Assembly (NCBI GenBank): GCA_051453625.1
Contig: JBOZIK010000001.1
Coordinates: forward strand, 46,241,276-46,303,711
Origin: Welwitschia mirabilis
Taxonomy: Eukaryota
Direction: 5' to 3'
Length of the DNA: 62,436 nucleotides
Shown: positions 1-15,260 of the stretch, in pieces
How positions within the stretch are numbered: the stretch's first letter is position 1
How the letters are laid out: each line of letters starts with the position of its first letter
Program-made: the position numbers and the translations under genes
Notes under the pieces: model-generated
What the model saw: the letters and a program-made list of their open reading frames with translations, nothing else
What the model was told of the DNA's origin: nothing
Databases searched by the model: none

Positions 1-849
1 TAGAAAATAGTACTAGAAAAATGCAGAAACTATGTTGCTATTAACATAAAATAAGCTCATACTAAGTTAAAATAATCAAAGGCTTACGAAAGAACTATTT
101 GAGATTTAACCATTTAGTTCAAAAATCATCATCACAATAATATCATGATGAAATTACTTGAACTGGTTAAAGGGTTTTTTACTACTAGGTTTTTATATTC
201 ATATACTATAATAGGGGTAAATGAAGAAAGTATTAAAACATGATAGAAAATAGATGAGATGCTAAACAATACTTATTTAATTACTATTAATTATCCTAGT
301 TTATATTCAATTGCATAAATAGAAGCAAATAGAAATAGTATTACTTCTTCAAGTAATACAATATGCACAAAATGATGCTTGAACTATGTCTTTTAGCTTA
401 ACATTGAAATATCAATTATTACATAAAGATGTATTAAGGCTCATGTTTTCCTTTGTAGGTAACACTTTAGAGTATGGGATATGCTGTTGCGCCCTTTGTA
501 GGATAGTTGGAGCTTCGTTTCTTAACCTTTTTGTAAAGTCTATTCCTAGAGCTTTTTGCCACAAAGATTTCCACCTTTGGTGGTAATCCCTTTCTTATAC
601 CCATGTCTATTTTTTTTTCTTTTCTTTGTTACTTAGGGATAAGTTTATAATTGAGGTTCTTAATACTTTTCCATTACTTTAGCCTTCTCTCTCATCTTCA
701 TGTCAAATAGCATTCTATATCTGTAACTCAATAATAAAACATATATACTAATCTATTAACATATTAACTAACTAAACTATTAATTAGTGAGTACATTTAT
801 AAAGAAAACGTTTATTATTATCTAAAATGCATAATTATGAAATGAAGAC

Positions 850-3800
850 ATTTTATTACTAAGAAAAGTTTACATCAAAATTAATCATCATCAATAGCCT
901 AACTCTCATCCAAATAATTTTCATCAAAATTCCTTTCATCCTCACAATAATCAATATCAATGGCAACCTAAATCATTACCTCTTTCTCCTCTTTAGGAGA
1001 ATGAATTACAAGAAACAATAAAGTTTTTGGTTAATCAAGTGGGACAAATGCAACAAACTATTAATTTTATGTTTCAAAAATAAAATGAAAAGGAGAGTTA
1101 TCCTAGTCTACCTTTTTAATCTACTCCTAATCAAAAATTAAGTAATGTGGTGGAAGAATGCACTAATGTGAATGCCATTATACTAAGAAGTGGGAAAGTA
1201 AGTTTAGAACCTAGTTCTAAAACTAAAGAAGATGTAGATTTAGATAAAATAATTGAAAATCTTAAATTTGATTCTAAGAAAAGTTTTAAAAGAGAAAATA
1301 TGAATATTCTATTCCTCATCTTAGTTATCTTTAATCTAATAAAGATTCTAATAATTATGATTATATTCATAAAATTTTTAAAGATATTAACATTAATCTT
1401 TTCCTTTTGAGGTAATTAAGGAAATTCTATTTTATACCAACTTTCTTAAAGACTTATGCACTCGGAAAAGAAACATTCAACCTTTTAGAGAAATAATTAA
1501 TCTTACTGCACCTACTACTTATATTTGACAATAAAAGATTCTTGTGAAATATGGCGACCTTGGATCCCATACTATCTTTATTACCATTGATAACTATCTT
1601 ATTGACAAAGCCTCAAAAGATTGAGGAGCTGAAGTCAACCTTATATTAGAACCTAGTTTTCATTCCGTAGGATGTAACCATGTTGATCCTACTAATGTAA
1701 TTCTTTATATGGCTAATGGAACCTTGGTTAAATCCCCTAGAATTTTAAAATATGTCTTAATCTAAATTGATAAAGTAATTTATCCTATTAACTTCATTAT
1801 TCTTAAAGTTCCAATGAATTCAAGTAGTTATCCTATTATTCTTGGTAGACCATGCCTTACTACAACAGATGTAGAAATTAATTATAGATCTAGTGGATTA
1901 AAATTTATTTTTGAAAATATTTTCATTACCTTGAATGTATTTCCTAATTAGCAAGAAAAGGCTATTGAATTAAATGAACATTTACATTTGCCTGAAACTC
2001 AACTTATAAGCGATCATTTATTTTTAATTTTAAATAATATGCTTTGTTTGGATGCAAGATATGAATTACTTGTTACATCTTATTTAGATTCAAATGAAAT
2101 TGGTAGTCCTATAGAATGTGTTTATTTTAAATATTTTAATCATGCTTTTAAATAAATAAAAATGAATGTTTCTTTGAATGATGTTTTTAGCTAATAGTAT
2201 TGCCAATAATAAATTAAAGTCTCTACCTAATCATTTAAAGTATATCTTTCTAGGTAGTAATCAATCTAAACCTATTATCATTAGTACTCATCTCACTCTT
2301 TCATAAGAAAAAGATCTTACTGAGTTATTACTTAAACATTCTTTAGCTTTTTCTTGGTTGTATCATGATTTGATTGGTGTTCATCCTTCTGTTTATTCTC
2401 ATCATATTTATTTAGAACCTAATATGAAACCTATTCATCAACCTCAATATAAGCTAATTCCACAGCTTAAGTATATTGTTAAAGAAGAAATCATGAAACT
2501 TCGGAAAGTTGATATTATTTAACCCATTGCAGGTAGCAAATGTATGAGTCCATTACAAGTTGTTTCAAAGAGTAATGATAAATGATGAATTTGTATTGGT
2601 TTTTATGCTCTTAATAATTATACTAAGAAAGATCATTTTCCTGTTCCTTTTATCAATTCAATTGTTAATAAACTTTGTGGACATCATTATTATTATTTTT
2701 TTTGGATGGATATAATGGTTATATAATCAAATTCCTATAGCTCTAGAAGATTAAGAATAAACCATTTTACTTGTCCCTTTGAAACTTTTGCCTATCGTCA
2801 TATGCCTTTTGATTTAGGTAATTCTCTTGCAACTTTTCAAATGTGTATGAGTGGTCCTTTTGCTAAATTTATTGATGAATTTTTAGAAATAATTATGGAT
2901 GATTTTTCTCTCTATGGTAATTCTTTTGATCAAATAATGTGTTATTTGAATTTAATCTTGAATTTTGTATCAGTCATANNNNNNNNNNGTTGGCAGAAAA
3001 GTCATTTCATGGTTACTAAAGGCATTGTTATTGGTTATATTGTTTCTAAAAAAGGAATAGCAGTAGATCCCACTAAGATTGATATCATTCATTCTCTTCC
3101 TACTTCTAATTATGTTAAAGATATAAGGTCTTTCTTAGGGCATGCTAGTTTCTGTCACCTTTTCATTTCATTTTTTAGTTCTCTTAGTAAACCTTTGACT
3201 GAGTTGCTTTTGAAAGATGCATCTTTTCTTAGATACTTGAGTTAGAATTTGCATTTTAAAAACTTAAAAATCTTTTATCATCTTCACTTTTGCTTTACTC
3301 TCCTAATTGGCATTACACCTTTGAAGTTATGACTGATGGAAGTGATTTTACAGTAGGTGCAGTCTTAGTCCAAACTNNNNNNNNNNNNNNNNNNNTCATT
3401 TCTTATGCTAGTAAGACCTTGCATGATGATTAACTTTGCTTTTGAAAAATTTTGCCACTATCGTATTAGTTATCCTGTTATTATTTTTTTCGATCATGTC
3501 ACTTTAAAATATATTCTAGATAAGCCCTTAAATAAACATTGTCTTACACATTGAGCTTTGTTTATGCAAGAATTTGATATTACAATTAAGGATAGATCAA
3601 AAAAGAAAAACCTAGTTGCTAATCATTCATTCTCGTCTATTCATGTCTATTGATTCATCTAAAAGTAATGAAAATTTTCTTGATGAAAATTTATTTGCTA
3701 TGAATATTTCTCCTTGATATGCTGATATTGTAAATTTTAAATCCTATGGTAAACTTCCTAGTAATAAGTCTTATTATAAATAAAAGAAGATTTCTATTTC

Positions 3801-4950
3801 AATAATATAAATTTCTTTAGAAACCACCTCTTTTATTTAAATATTATACTAATCAGGTCTTTCAAAGGTGTGTACCTAAGAATGAAATGATTAGTATACT
3901 AGAATTTTTCATAATGATGTTTATGGTGGTTATTTTAGAAGGCAGAAAATGGCATCTAAAGTTTTAAATACAGGCTTCTTTTGACCTCCTCTTTTTGGAG
4001 ATGCTAATGAATTTTGTAAACCATGTAATAAATTCCCAAGAATGGATAGCATTAGTAGGAGAAATGAAATACCTCTTAAACCTATAATTGTTTGTGAACC
4101 TTTTGATGTTTGCGGTATTGATTTTGTTGGATCATTTCCACCCTCCTTTGGTAATGTTCATATTCTTGTTTGTGTGAATTATGTTCCTATATGGATATAA
4201 GCCAAAGATTGTAAAGATTATGATGCTAAGACTATTATTAGATTTTTGAAAGATTATGTTATTTTCTGTTTTGATCATCCTAAGATAACTATTAGTGATT
4301 AAGAAACCAATTTTTGAAATTAAATCTTTAGAAATATTATGCTTAATGTTTTATTACCCATAAAGTAGCTACTAATTGTCATCCTCAGACCAATGGTCAA
4401 GCTAAAGTAACTAATTGTGATCTGATTAGAATTCTTCAAAAAATAGTTAGTGCTAATAGAAAAGATTGGTCACTAGAATTGTTTAATGCATTATGAGCTT
4501 ATCATACAGGTTTTAAAACTCCCATTAGCATAATTCCTTTCAAACTTGTTTATGATAAATAATGTTTTATACCTAGTGAAATAGAACATCAAGCTTTTGA
4601 TGATATTAATAAACTTAATCTTGATTTTAAAAAATGTGCTAAGCATAGAATAGATCAATTAAATGAATTAGATGAAATAATATTAAATACTTAAAATAAT
4701 CAAATTCTTGATAAAAAAAATGAATGAAATATTATCATGATTAAATAATTCTCAAGAAAACATTTCATGTAGGTGATAAAGTTTTACTTTTTAATTTATG
4801 TTTTCATTTATTCTTAGAAAGTCAAAATCTAAAATGGGAAGGTCCCTTTATTGTTATTCATATATTTTCTTTTAGACTATTGAAATTTAAGATCCTAAAA
4901 CTGGTCATGTTCAATGAGTAAATAGATCTAAACTCAACTTATTTAATGGT
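850..4950 (+). pseudogene. pol: gag (C-terminal part)-pol pseudogene of Athila A
   Basis: Motifs read across many stops and frameshifts: AIILRSGK (~1170), YPIILGRP (~1828, protease), DHFPVPFI, LDGYNGY, MPFDLGNSLATFQ and IIMDDFS (RT, 2630-2910), EVMTDGSDFTVGAVL (RNase H, ~3323), FDVCGIDFVGSFPPSFG and HPQTNGQA (integrase, 4100-4400), KWEGPF (~4832). Confidence 0.93.
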
Positions 4951-5739
4951 TAAAATTTAAATGGGGTTGAGATCTATTTTGATTCATCTTTTAGATGTAA
5001 ATGCGATAAAATCTAAAAAAACCAAAAGATACAAATAATTTGTTTGTATTTCTTTATTTTTCTTAAAACATTTAAAAATATTTATATTTTTAGATGATGA
5101 AATGAGAGCTATGAATCTCATGTAGTTGCATTTAGAAGAACTATAAACTTTTGAGAGAACCTACTTCTATTTGTTTTCCAACAAGTATCAACTCAACAAT
5201 ATCTCTAGCTTTTGTTTTTAAAATTTTCCTTTTTCCTTTTGATAAATTGTAACCAACCTATGTATCTTTCATCAAAAATCTTATTTTTATCCAATTTAGG
5301 GGGTATAAGTAGTTGTTACATAGGCTTTAGAATATCTCTGAATCTAATTTTATCATTTTTTATTTTTTTGGCCATATGCTATTCATTTTCCACAAATCCA
5401 CCTTAATTATTAGTAAATCATACAATAATGATACTATAATGCCAAAAATCCACTATTCATGGCACTGTAGTGCCACTTTTCAGAATAGTGCGTTCCCAAC
5501 TCTTTTAAAAAAACCTTTTTTTTGGCCTTGAAATCTCATTTTTACATTAAACGTTTCAAAAACTAGATTCAAATCTATGTGATTATTTTAAAGTTAGAGA
5601 GCGAAGCTCTACCAAAATGTATTGAGTCTTATTTCAGCTTTTTCCTTTCATTGTTTTCTTAGCCTTACGCTTGTTTCTTCTGTTTCATATTATAATTTTA
5701 TTGATGATGTTACTTGCTGTATGCTTTATTTGCCTTTGC

Positions 5740-6650
5740 TTTTAAAAATGATGAATTAGTTAAGGATTGGGAAAGGAATTAGTTAGTTGATCTAGATGAT
5801 GCCTTATATCATAGTGACATGATATTCATGTTTTCCCAAAACCTCTAGTTTGGTGAAGATGAAAATGTAGGGGAGTCTAACACAGATGATTTTACTATTC
5901 ATTGGTCCCCTAGAGCTATAGCTAATGCATTAGAAATACCGTACCACACTAGTAACTAGGAATTGATGGATTCACATGCTTATTTGGATATGGTATTACC
6001 CATCTTAGATGATCTTGATATCAATTCTAGTCTTTATGTCAATGGTTTCCTTGTTATTTGTATTAGGTTATATAATGTGCCTCTTACATGTTAATACTAT
6101 GTCAAACATCCTAAGTACTTCTCATACATCTCATGTGTTTCCTAATGTCTTAAGAAACCTTCGGCTAGTTAGGCAAGGATGTGCTCCTTATGGTCCTTAT
6201 CTTATCTTTGTCCATGTTTGTTATGCATGTTCTTCTTAGTGTTATATTGCTATTCCTTCACCCTTTACCATTTGAAAAGTAATTACCCATTAATACCCTA
6301 AGTTTCATAGAGTTGGTCGTATTAGATATCCTTTTCATTTTCCTACTGATTTTAGAGAGCTTTAAGAGGCAAAGAGATTTTATGAGCAGTAACAGAAGCC
6401 ACTTACATCTCATCTAAGAAGCATGGTACCCCTTTATCTAGGATTAATTAACACTTGCAGAGGATTAAGCATGAGATGTAGAGGCAGTGTCGATCTATTC
6501 ATAGCTTAACTCTACATTCTGTTCTATGACTCCATTCTTCTACTGTAAACATGGATCAAGGCAAGATCACGATGCAGCTAGATCTGGTTTTTAGAATTTA
6601 GCCATCATTGTTAAATGCAAGTATCATGGTGGAGATGGCAGTGGATCTTA
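5740..6650 (+). pseudogene. Accessory ('env-like') ORF remnant downstream of Athila A pol
   Basis: Manual translation gives ELVKDWERN*LVDLDDALYHSDMIFMFSQNL*...TIHWSPRAIANALEIP and later GCAPYGPYLIFVH. Its position between pol and the PPT is typical of Athila extra ORFs. Confidence 0.55.
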
Positions 6651-7303
6651 TTCTCCTTGTCACTATCCTACTCCTTATCTTAGTTATGTTTGTCTAAAGT
6701 ACAATCTTTTTTATGATTACATTTACCCCTATCTTTATCAATGTGTTGTATGTATATAATGCTTTATCAATTTCTGTATGAGAATGTATATATTTCATGC
6801 ATGAACACTGTGAGATTTACTTTCTTATGTAATATTGTTTTATAATATGATATTATGAGTGTGCATTTAGTTTATCTAGCTTATGTTCACATTTTTTTCC
6901 TTTTCTTTTTGTAATTTAATAAAACATAGTAAAAATTTCATCTTTAATCTATGAATAAATTATTGGACTTCCTGATATGTTTGGATGTATTTATTATCTC
7001 CTATAACATATATAATATATTATTCTTTCATATTGGTACTATTACTTTATATGTTGTATTATTTACAGGGCCAACATTCAAATCCACAATCATCCACTTA
7101 AGCTACAAACATCTTGATGATTCATCTGCAAGGCTTGGTAAATGATGTAAGTACTCATCCTTAGGTGAATGATGAATTTCATTAGATATTCTGATAATGA
7201 GTCTAATATGATATCCTATGGATGAACATCTTGATTGTTAGTAGGCTTCATTCCTCTTATCATCATCACTTGCATGAAACGTCTACGAAGACTAGTTGGG
7301 GAA

Positions 7304-8979
7304 TGTGATTAATAGTCCATATTTTACATTATTTTTTAAACTTTAATACTGCATTTAGAGGTATTTTTGCACTTTTTAGGTGATAGGTACCTTGAACATT
7401 TAATGAGCTAAAAATAATGTATTATAATCTAGTTCAAGGCTCTTCATGAATCTTGCAATCATGAGATCGATATTGAACCTGAAAATGTTGATCATGGATG
7501 ACTACTTTAATGTTAAAGCTCTAGAGATGATTCATAGTTTCTTTTCCATTACCATATGTTATCCTCTTATTAATGTGACAATTTTGACTCATTCTAACAC
7601 TAGATGCATAACTTTAGATGACATTAGGGCCTTTCAGGACATCATTAACTTGGAAAATTGCATTTTAGGAGCCATAATCTATTTATTTTTAGTCATTTTT
7701 TAGTTAAAATTGAAAAATTCATGTAATGTAAGCCTTAAAGGATAAAATTGAATTAAGTGTTATTTTTGGATTTTTGGTAGTTGTTGCAAAGCCAAATTGA
7801 CCTATTTAATACACATGTGGAGCACATTTTCAGGTCCTGTTGACAGGCTTTCTAGGGATTTATGCAAATTATACAAAGCTTCCATATAGGTCAAAATATG
7901 CAATAATTTCCAACGTAAGAAGCTATATTTACATGATGATGGACTAAAGCAATTTGATAAACCTAGTATGATGATCCTCTATGTTGTGTAGGTGACACAG
8001 AGGATGACATTCAACATAGTATGGTCATCTGCTATGTCATTGGGATAATAAATAGAACAACAATTAGCATAATTGACATATGCCAAGCATCAGTTAGCAC
8101 ATGGAGGTTGTTGTCATACATGTCATAGGGACGAGATGATGGACAACATAATCAAAATAATTTATGAGTTAATTAGATTATTATGAAAGGGTGGATTTAA
8201 CTCATACCTCTTTATTTCACACCCCTTAGTGATCTTTAAATAGACCCTATTCTAAATCATCTTTTGTCATCCACATTCTTGTTACAATTGAAAGTTGTTG
8301 AAGGCAAGGAGGTTCATCCTACTTATGAGAAGAACTACCTTGGTGTTAGGTAGAGAATCTTCCATTAAGTAGTTGTTCTTACAAGAGGATGCACTTTGAT
8401 TTTACTAGTAAAAATATCATTTTTTGTCATCTACATTCTTGTGACAATTAGATATTGTTGAAGGTAAGAAGATCCATCCTACCTATGAGAAGAACTACCT
8501 TGGTGTTAGACATAAATCTTCCATTAAGGAGTTGTTGTTGTAAGTGGATGTAATTCAATTTTCTTAATAAAAATATGAATTGAAGTATAGTTTATCTTAA
8601 TTGCAATTTAAGTAACATGAATTCATAATTGAAATAGTTTATAAGGAATCTAGTGACAGTAGATTGGAAATTTAGTAAATTCATTGCATTAGAATTACAA
8701 TCATTCTACATTACATTGCATTTTGTTTCATTCCATTGCATTACATTTCATCTTCATCCTTGCATTGTTTAATTTTAATTCCTATAAAAAATCTAAAAAT
8801 ATATTATTATAAGTAATTTTCCAAATTCTATTTTAGAATTCTTCTCTAAGTGTATGACATTTGGGTTGATCCCATTATGAAAATGTGTATTGTGTGTAAT
8901 TAGATTATTACTTTTCAGGTGTTTTAAACAGAATTTGATCTTTAGAATATTAGAATTAAAAGTACAAATACACATCACA
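7304..8979 (+). repeat. 3' LTR of Athila A (~1.68 kb)
   Basis: Directly follows the purine tract and has 6-bp inverted termini TGTGAT/ATCACA. No partner LTR is present in the window to confirm it. Confidence 0.65.
8261..8580 (+). repeat. 160-bp direct tandem duplication inside the LTR
   Basis: GAGAAGAACTACCTTGGTGTTAG occurs at 8327 and 8487, and the whole units align with scattered substitutions. Confidence 0.92.
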
Positions 8980-10699
8980 ATAGTAGTTATGTATGGAACT
9001 ACCTATAGCATTGTAGCACCAATTCCAAGAGTAAAATGACGCTACAACACTATGTAACAATTTTCCAAATTTAACATGAATCACATGTGAACTCCTAGTG
9101 GTTTTGGGAACTACTTGGCCTGTAACTGATCCTAGAGTGCCTATAAAAACTCCCCTCAGTGCCTATATTATAATCATATTATTATTATATCATTATTATG
9201 CCATTTTTACCATTGTAATGCTTGAGAAAAGGATTCTTCATCATTTCTCTCATTTTTCCTCATTTCCAAGTTAATCTTCTCTCTATATCAACTTTAGAAA
9301 CCTTCTACATTAATCATTCTCTCTTTCTTTGTCATTCAAAATCATTCTTATCCTCCTAAACCCTTTCATAACCCATTTTACATCATGTTTTCTTTCATTT
9401 CCATTCATTTGAAGGGCATTACAAGGGTGGTGAAGTGCACATAATTGGACAATGTAGGAGGAGGAAAAAGCATTAAATCTTATAAGAAATTAGATAGAGG
9501 GCTAATGAAAAGGGTTGTGCATTCTTATAAAATCAATAAATGTTCCTTTTCTTATGTTTTTCATGCTTTTGATTACTTGATTTATGAATGTTTTTCATGA
9601 TTTTCTTTCAATGTAATTAGACTGTTTATCGCATGCAGTATAAATAGGGCTAATTAGATTGTACAATGATTAGCACCTTTTATGACAATCTGAGTTTTCT
9701 TATATATTTGGTCACTTTTTGTCAAAATAAATCATGTGTTTTATTTTCCTTCTCTCTTCTTTCCTTCATTCTATTTATTTTTGTAGTACATCTCTTACGA
9801 TTTCATTTTCTTCCAAGCAATTAATATTGAAGTTTTATTCTCTCCTCTTCAATAGTAGTAGAATGGTCTAAAATTATATTATGTATGCTTTTTTAAGATC
9901 AAATGTATTCTTTGTTGCAAGAATTCTTCTCTATTCTTTCTCTTTTTTCAAAATCAAAGTAGAATAGTTAATTTTAGAAATTGTTTTAGCCATAAAGTTT
10001 TCTCTACAACTCCTATGGCTCTAAAATTTTGTCAGTAGATTCCTCTCATCATTTAGAAACTTTCTTTGTGAAGTGTTAAAACCCAAATTCGGCCTCTAAA
10101 ACCCCTTTTTTGTCCATTTTCAATCTTAGGTGTAGTTTTAAGAAAATTTTTAATCTATCAAATATTATTTTTCCCTTGATTTTGCACAGTGATTTTCACA
10201 GTCATTTTTAATGTGTTTTTAGACATTCAAGATTCTATCTTACTATATGTTTTAAGTAATTTAATAATATGAAATCCATTATTTCTCAACTTTATAGTTT
10301 GCTTAATGTTCTTGGTCAAAGTAAGATTAACTATAATTTTTTGTAGTTTTTCTAAACAAACTGTTTTAGATCGGTTGCAATCGATTCTACTTAATCTTGA
10401 ATGTTTAGTTTTAGAAACTTATTTTATGGCATATTCTAAGTATTTTTAAGGTTCTGTAATTTTCTAAGTCTATTTCTCTATTTTTTTCTCTCCCTTTTCT
10501 CTCTCTTCTTCATTTCTTCTTGTTTTATTGGTCAAAAAACAAAAACAAGCAACCTACATGGACACTTGTCTATCATGTAACAAATTAGTCTAAAAACAAA
10601 AACAAAAAATGTAAATGGAGGAAAAACACTTATGAAGGGTTTAAAATGAGGGGTGAGGGGAAGAATAGCTAAAACTGAAGATTACACCTTAATAGAGCT

Positions 10700-13600
10700 C
10701 ACAAAAGGATAGAAAGTAACCACACTCCCTGGGATGGTTACTAAAACATAGTTATAGTTAATTACTGAGAGCTAGAAATTTATAATCTTGATGAAGATCG
10801 GAAGCTTAATATTGAAGGAGAACTGCTACTAGAATTGAGAATTTGGTATCTAGGGAGGAGCCTTGAAAGGAATTCTTATTAAACCAAGCATTACATTGAG
10901 TTTTCCAAATAAAGTGAATCCATTCAAGGATAAGGATGTTTCATCCATGCTTAGAGAAGGTATTTGGAGAGTCTTAAAGTAAAATGAAATTAGGTTACTT
11001 AAGAACAGTACTCAGATCACCAATATCTGTAATCAAATCCAAAACTTATCAAGCCACACGGCAATCCCAAAAAAATATGCTAGAATGTTTTTGGAGCTTG
11101 ATGTATAGGGCACAAAGAATGAGTAACTCCCAAAAGTTTAAGACGATGACCAATAGGAAGACCTTCATGAATAAGACATCAGAAGAATACTTTAGTTTTA
11201 GGATGGACTTTAATCTTCCAAACTTCTTTGAAAAATCCTTTCCATTTATCTTTGAACTAGTCAAGATGCCATTTGTATTTTAGCTTTTTTACGAGACTAT
11301 TAAAGTCCTGAAACCACATGCAAGCTTTAGAAAGAGACATCTTAATAATACGATTACCATTAAGCCAAAGCAAATCATCCCACCAATTCTCATTACTAGG
11401 ATTCCACTCAATTCTAGAAACCACATTCTCTATGTGCTTGATAATGGGAAGATCCAACTCTTAAACCTTCCATTTGGATTTAAGTTAAGAATAGTTGATT
11501 ATAATATGATTGTCATGCTGCACTACAAATTAGTCTAGGTGGAGGAGCCCTGCTTTAGCCAATCTTTGAAATCTGACTAGAAATTGACAAGCCAAAGGGT
11601 TATCTGTAATTTTGAAGGTCAGAGACCACCAAGGAGAATGAGTGACTAGTTGGTTGTGACTTAAATTTGCTAGTTGCCAGAGAAGAAAACTTTTTAATTT
11701 GTGTCAAGACTTAAATATTTGCTAGAAAACATAGGAGCCTTTGCCTTTCTAATTACAATAAGAAAAGATCGCATTACTCCAGTGAGTACCTTGCCATGAA
11801 TGGTCGGAACACATAACTTTCGTTAGCAAAATAATGCCTAAATAAAATATTCCAAGCCTCATCCCCTTATAAGGATCGAACTATCCCTTTATAAGCTAAT
11901 AAAATACCTTGATATTCTAAGGAAGAAATCCCTAGACCACCTAAATGTTTAGAATAGCAACATGTACTCCATGCAACTCTATTAAAAACTTTACTTCTTG
12001 AAGTGTTTCTTTACAAAAAACCTTGAAGAATTTTGTTGATGGTGTCATAAGTAGAGATAGAAGGGGTCATGAAGGAAGCATAGTAAATTGGAATAGCATT
12101 GAGGATATGAATACACACAATGAGCCTCCCTGCTAATAACAAGATTTTTCTAAACCTTTTAAGAGCTTTATCTTTAACCTTATTAATAATCATCTGTCAC
12201 ATATTGGATGGATTAGCTGATAAAGCTATAGGAATTTTCAAAAGTTTAAAATCATCAATGGGTAAAAGCCATTAGATATTAAAATAGTAGAACCAAGCAG
12301 GCCTCTCATTGAAAGTGGAACAGATGGCAACAGTTTTATTCTAGTTAATTTGCAAACCTGAAGTTACACAATAAACTTTTAGAGTATCTATAGCTTTCTG
12401 AAAATGCGATTCAGTTTCTTTGATCAAGAGAAAGGTATCGTCTACAAATTAGTTGTAGAGAACTGTATTACCATTAGAAAGCTTAATATTGTAAAGATTG
12501 TCTGAAGAATGATGAGATTTAAGAAGAGCTCCAAGAGCATTTGCTGCTATAATAAATAGATATGACGCTAAGGGACACCCCTATCTAACTGATCTCTAAA
12601 GGGATATAGATCGAGAGAAGATACCATTAATGTAGATAACAGAAGTAGCATCAGCTAGAAGTATCTAAACATGGTTTACAAAGACTTCTCCAAGTTGATG
12701 ATGACAGATAACTCTACTAAGGAAATGCCAATCAAGTCTATCACAGGCTTTAGTGAAATCGAGCTTCAAAAGGATAGTTTGTTAAGATGAGGTGTTTGCC
12801 TAATGCATAGATTTGACTACAGTTAGCACATTGTCCAAGATGTACCTATTTTGACCAAAACCGATTTGCTCTTTACTAATGAAAGTATGAAGGAATTTCT
12901 TTAATTTGTTGGCACTACCTTAGTAATAATTTTATAGATCACATTTAAAAAAGTGATAGGTCTCCAATTATTAATATTATACAAGTCTCCAGATTTAGGC
13001 AAAAGTTTGACTATTCTAGTGTTGAGATAAGTCCCCAGGGATTCATTGTATAAAGCTTCTTTGTAAACATTATAAGCATTCATACCAACTATGTACCAGA
13101 ATTTAGAAAAGAATTCTCTGGGAAGGCCATCCAAACCTGGAGCTTTGTCATCCTTAAGCTGCTGAAGGAAATTAGGAAACTCATCTTTAGAGAGATATTA
13201 ACCATTGTCAAAAACTTTTTGATTGAAGGGCTGAAGATTACTGAGACAAATGTCGATAGATGTGTTATTGATTATGCTAGTAGAGAATACCTGAGAGTGA
13301 TGATCAAAGAACACTTAAAGAATTTATTCTCTGGAGGTATGAATAACATTTCCATCTTTAATCACTTCTATATAAGGAGAAGAGTATTTACCTTTTAAGA
13401 ATTAGAAAAAATAAGATGAAGCCTAATCTCCCATTCTTAGCTAAGATAAGCAAGCACGAAGGTGGACAGCTTGAGCCTTATAGTGCTCGACTCATCTTAG
13501 TCTATCTTTATAGACATTGAGCAAATCAAAATCATGGTGGTTACAATGCCTATAATTAACTTTCAATTGATGAAATTCTACTTTTGACATGAGGTTTTTC

Positions 13601-14557
13601 TAATGAGAATCTATATTTGTTGCTAATAGTTTACTTGCATGTTTAGCAAAACAGTGAATGTGTAAAATACTGTTATTTTACCAATCAATCCATCCATCAT
13701 TACTTATTGGACAAGGAACTAGGTTTCAGATGTGCATGAGCATTGAACACATGTTACTATTCTGAAGGAAAGCAGTGTTAAAAATAAAGAGATCTTTATT
13801 GACATGATGAACATTAGAATATTGAATGAACCACAAAATGAGGAAATGATCTGATAAGACCGAGGATAGTTAGCTAAAACTAGGAGCTTCTTATGATAGA
13901 AATATTTATATTTAGAACTAAGGATAAATAGACCTAGTAAAGCTGAGAAGTAATGAAACTTAATCTAGTTCTAGAATTAGACCAAGTAAACCATCCCTTA
14001 GTAGAATTTATTCTTGTGGTAACATTGGTGTCCTACAATTGGAATTTGCTTTTAAGTAACATCCAACTGTTGAGCTTATTAATGTCAAGGCTATATTTAT
14101 TTCCTCCTCATTTATCTATGTCCCTTTCAATCATATTAAGATCTCTAACTAAGATTCATAAAGCCTTTAAAAAAAAGTCATGGAGTCACTTCCATAAAAC
14201 ACATTTGTTTAAGATGCGACAAGGGGCATAGATGTTGACAAGTCCTACAATAGAATTATTCCATTTTAAATAAATTCAAACATAGTTACCCCTTGGATCT
14301 TAACCATGATTAGTAATTTGATTATTAAAATTATGATGAAGAAGGATAACCACTCCTTCTCTGCCTCTAGAATGATAAGAGATGAAGGAAGTACCCTTGT
14401 CAAAAATGCTATTATAAGTAGTTTAAAGCTGAAAATATTGAATTTTAATTTCATTAAGAAAAACTATATCTAAGTATTTTTTAGATATATAATCTCAAAA
14501 AATGTATTTTATTCAGGGGTCTGAGAGTTTTCGAACATTCCATAAGATAAGATTCAT
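10700..14557 (-). pseudogene. LINE ORF2 (apurinic endonuclease + reverse transcriptase), disrupted
   Basis: Starts MNLILWNV at 14557. Contains DGLPREFF...LLPKSGDL..INNWRPITFLNVIYKIITK (12901-13134), SVR*GCPL (~12570-12593), FVDDT (~12436-12449), ILNAIPIYYAS (~12080) and IFFWDCRVA (~11055-11080). Confidence 0.92.
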
Positions 14558-15260
14558 AAGGTGAGATCAGTAAAGAACTCGTTCCCTTCTCTAATGTCTT
14601 GTCATAAGTTTGTAGATTTAAAACTATTAGCTACTGATCTGCCTTGTCTTCTAAATTGGTTCATGATACCACTGCTAGATTTCTTACCATGAGTTCATAA
14701 CCCCTGAAGAGGTAAATAATGGATTGACTCTTATGACATGAGCATAAGATTTCTTACCAACAGTTTGTCATCATGCTTCTATATTGTTTTCTTTATTAGT
14801 TGACCTAGGATTTTTAGTAGTCTCTTGTTTGTTGTTCTAACTATCAGTATTTAAATCCTCTATTTAAATTTGAGAAGTATTCCTTTTATCTAAATTCTTC
14901 CTCTTGGATTTGGTAACCTTGTTTATAACTAGTTTTTGAGTAGTGTAGTTGTAGTTATTTCCTTCTTGTGGGATGTGGTGATTTTCTTACATAAGACCTT
15001 TTTGATGGCATCCATTAGCTACTTTTTCTATTAAAACTCTATTTGCTTCCATTTTAGATAGGAGTTTATGACAACATGCCCTTACATGATTAGGCTCTTT
15101 ACAATAGTAACCATGATTTGTTAGAGTTAAATATGTAATTTTTTGGAGAATAATTTCTTCNNNNNNNNNNNNNNNNNNNNNNNNNNNNNNNNNNNNNNNN
15201 NNNNNNNNNNNNNNNNNNNNNNNNNNNNNNNNNNNNNNNNNNNNNNNNNNNNNNNNNNNN

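Larger units (their letters stand above)
850..8979 (+). mobile_element. Athila-type Ty3/Gypsy LTR retrotransposon A, degenerate; 5' LTR and most of gag not recognisable
   Basis: Domain order is PR-RT-RH-INT, followed by an accessory ORF remnant, a purine tract (AGTTGGGGAA, 7294-7303) and an LTR with TGTGAT...ATCACA termini. Left boundary is approximate. Confidence 0.85.

Noticed and set aside
1..830. Short Cys-containing ORF (386-586) and AT-rich flank
   Set aside because: No recognisable domain or splice structure. Probably decayed repeat, left unassigned.
8980..10470. Possible additional LTR with TATA-like CTATAAAA at ~9141
   Set aside because: No termini, PBS, PPT or partner copy could be identified.
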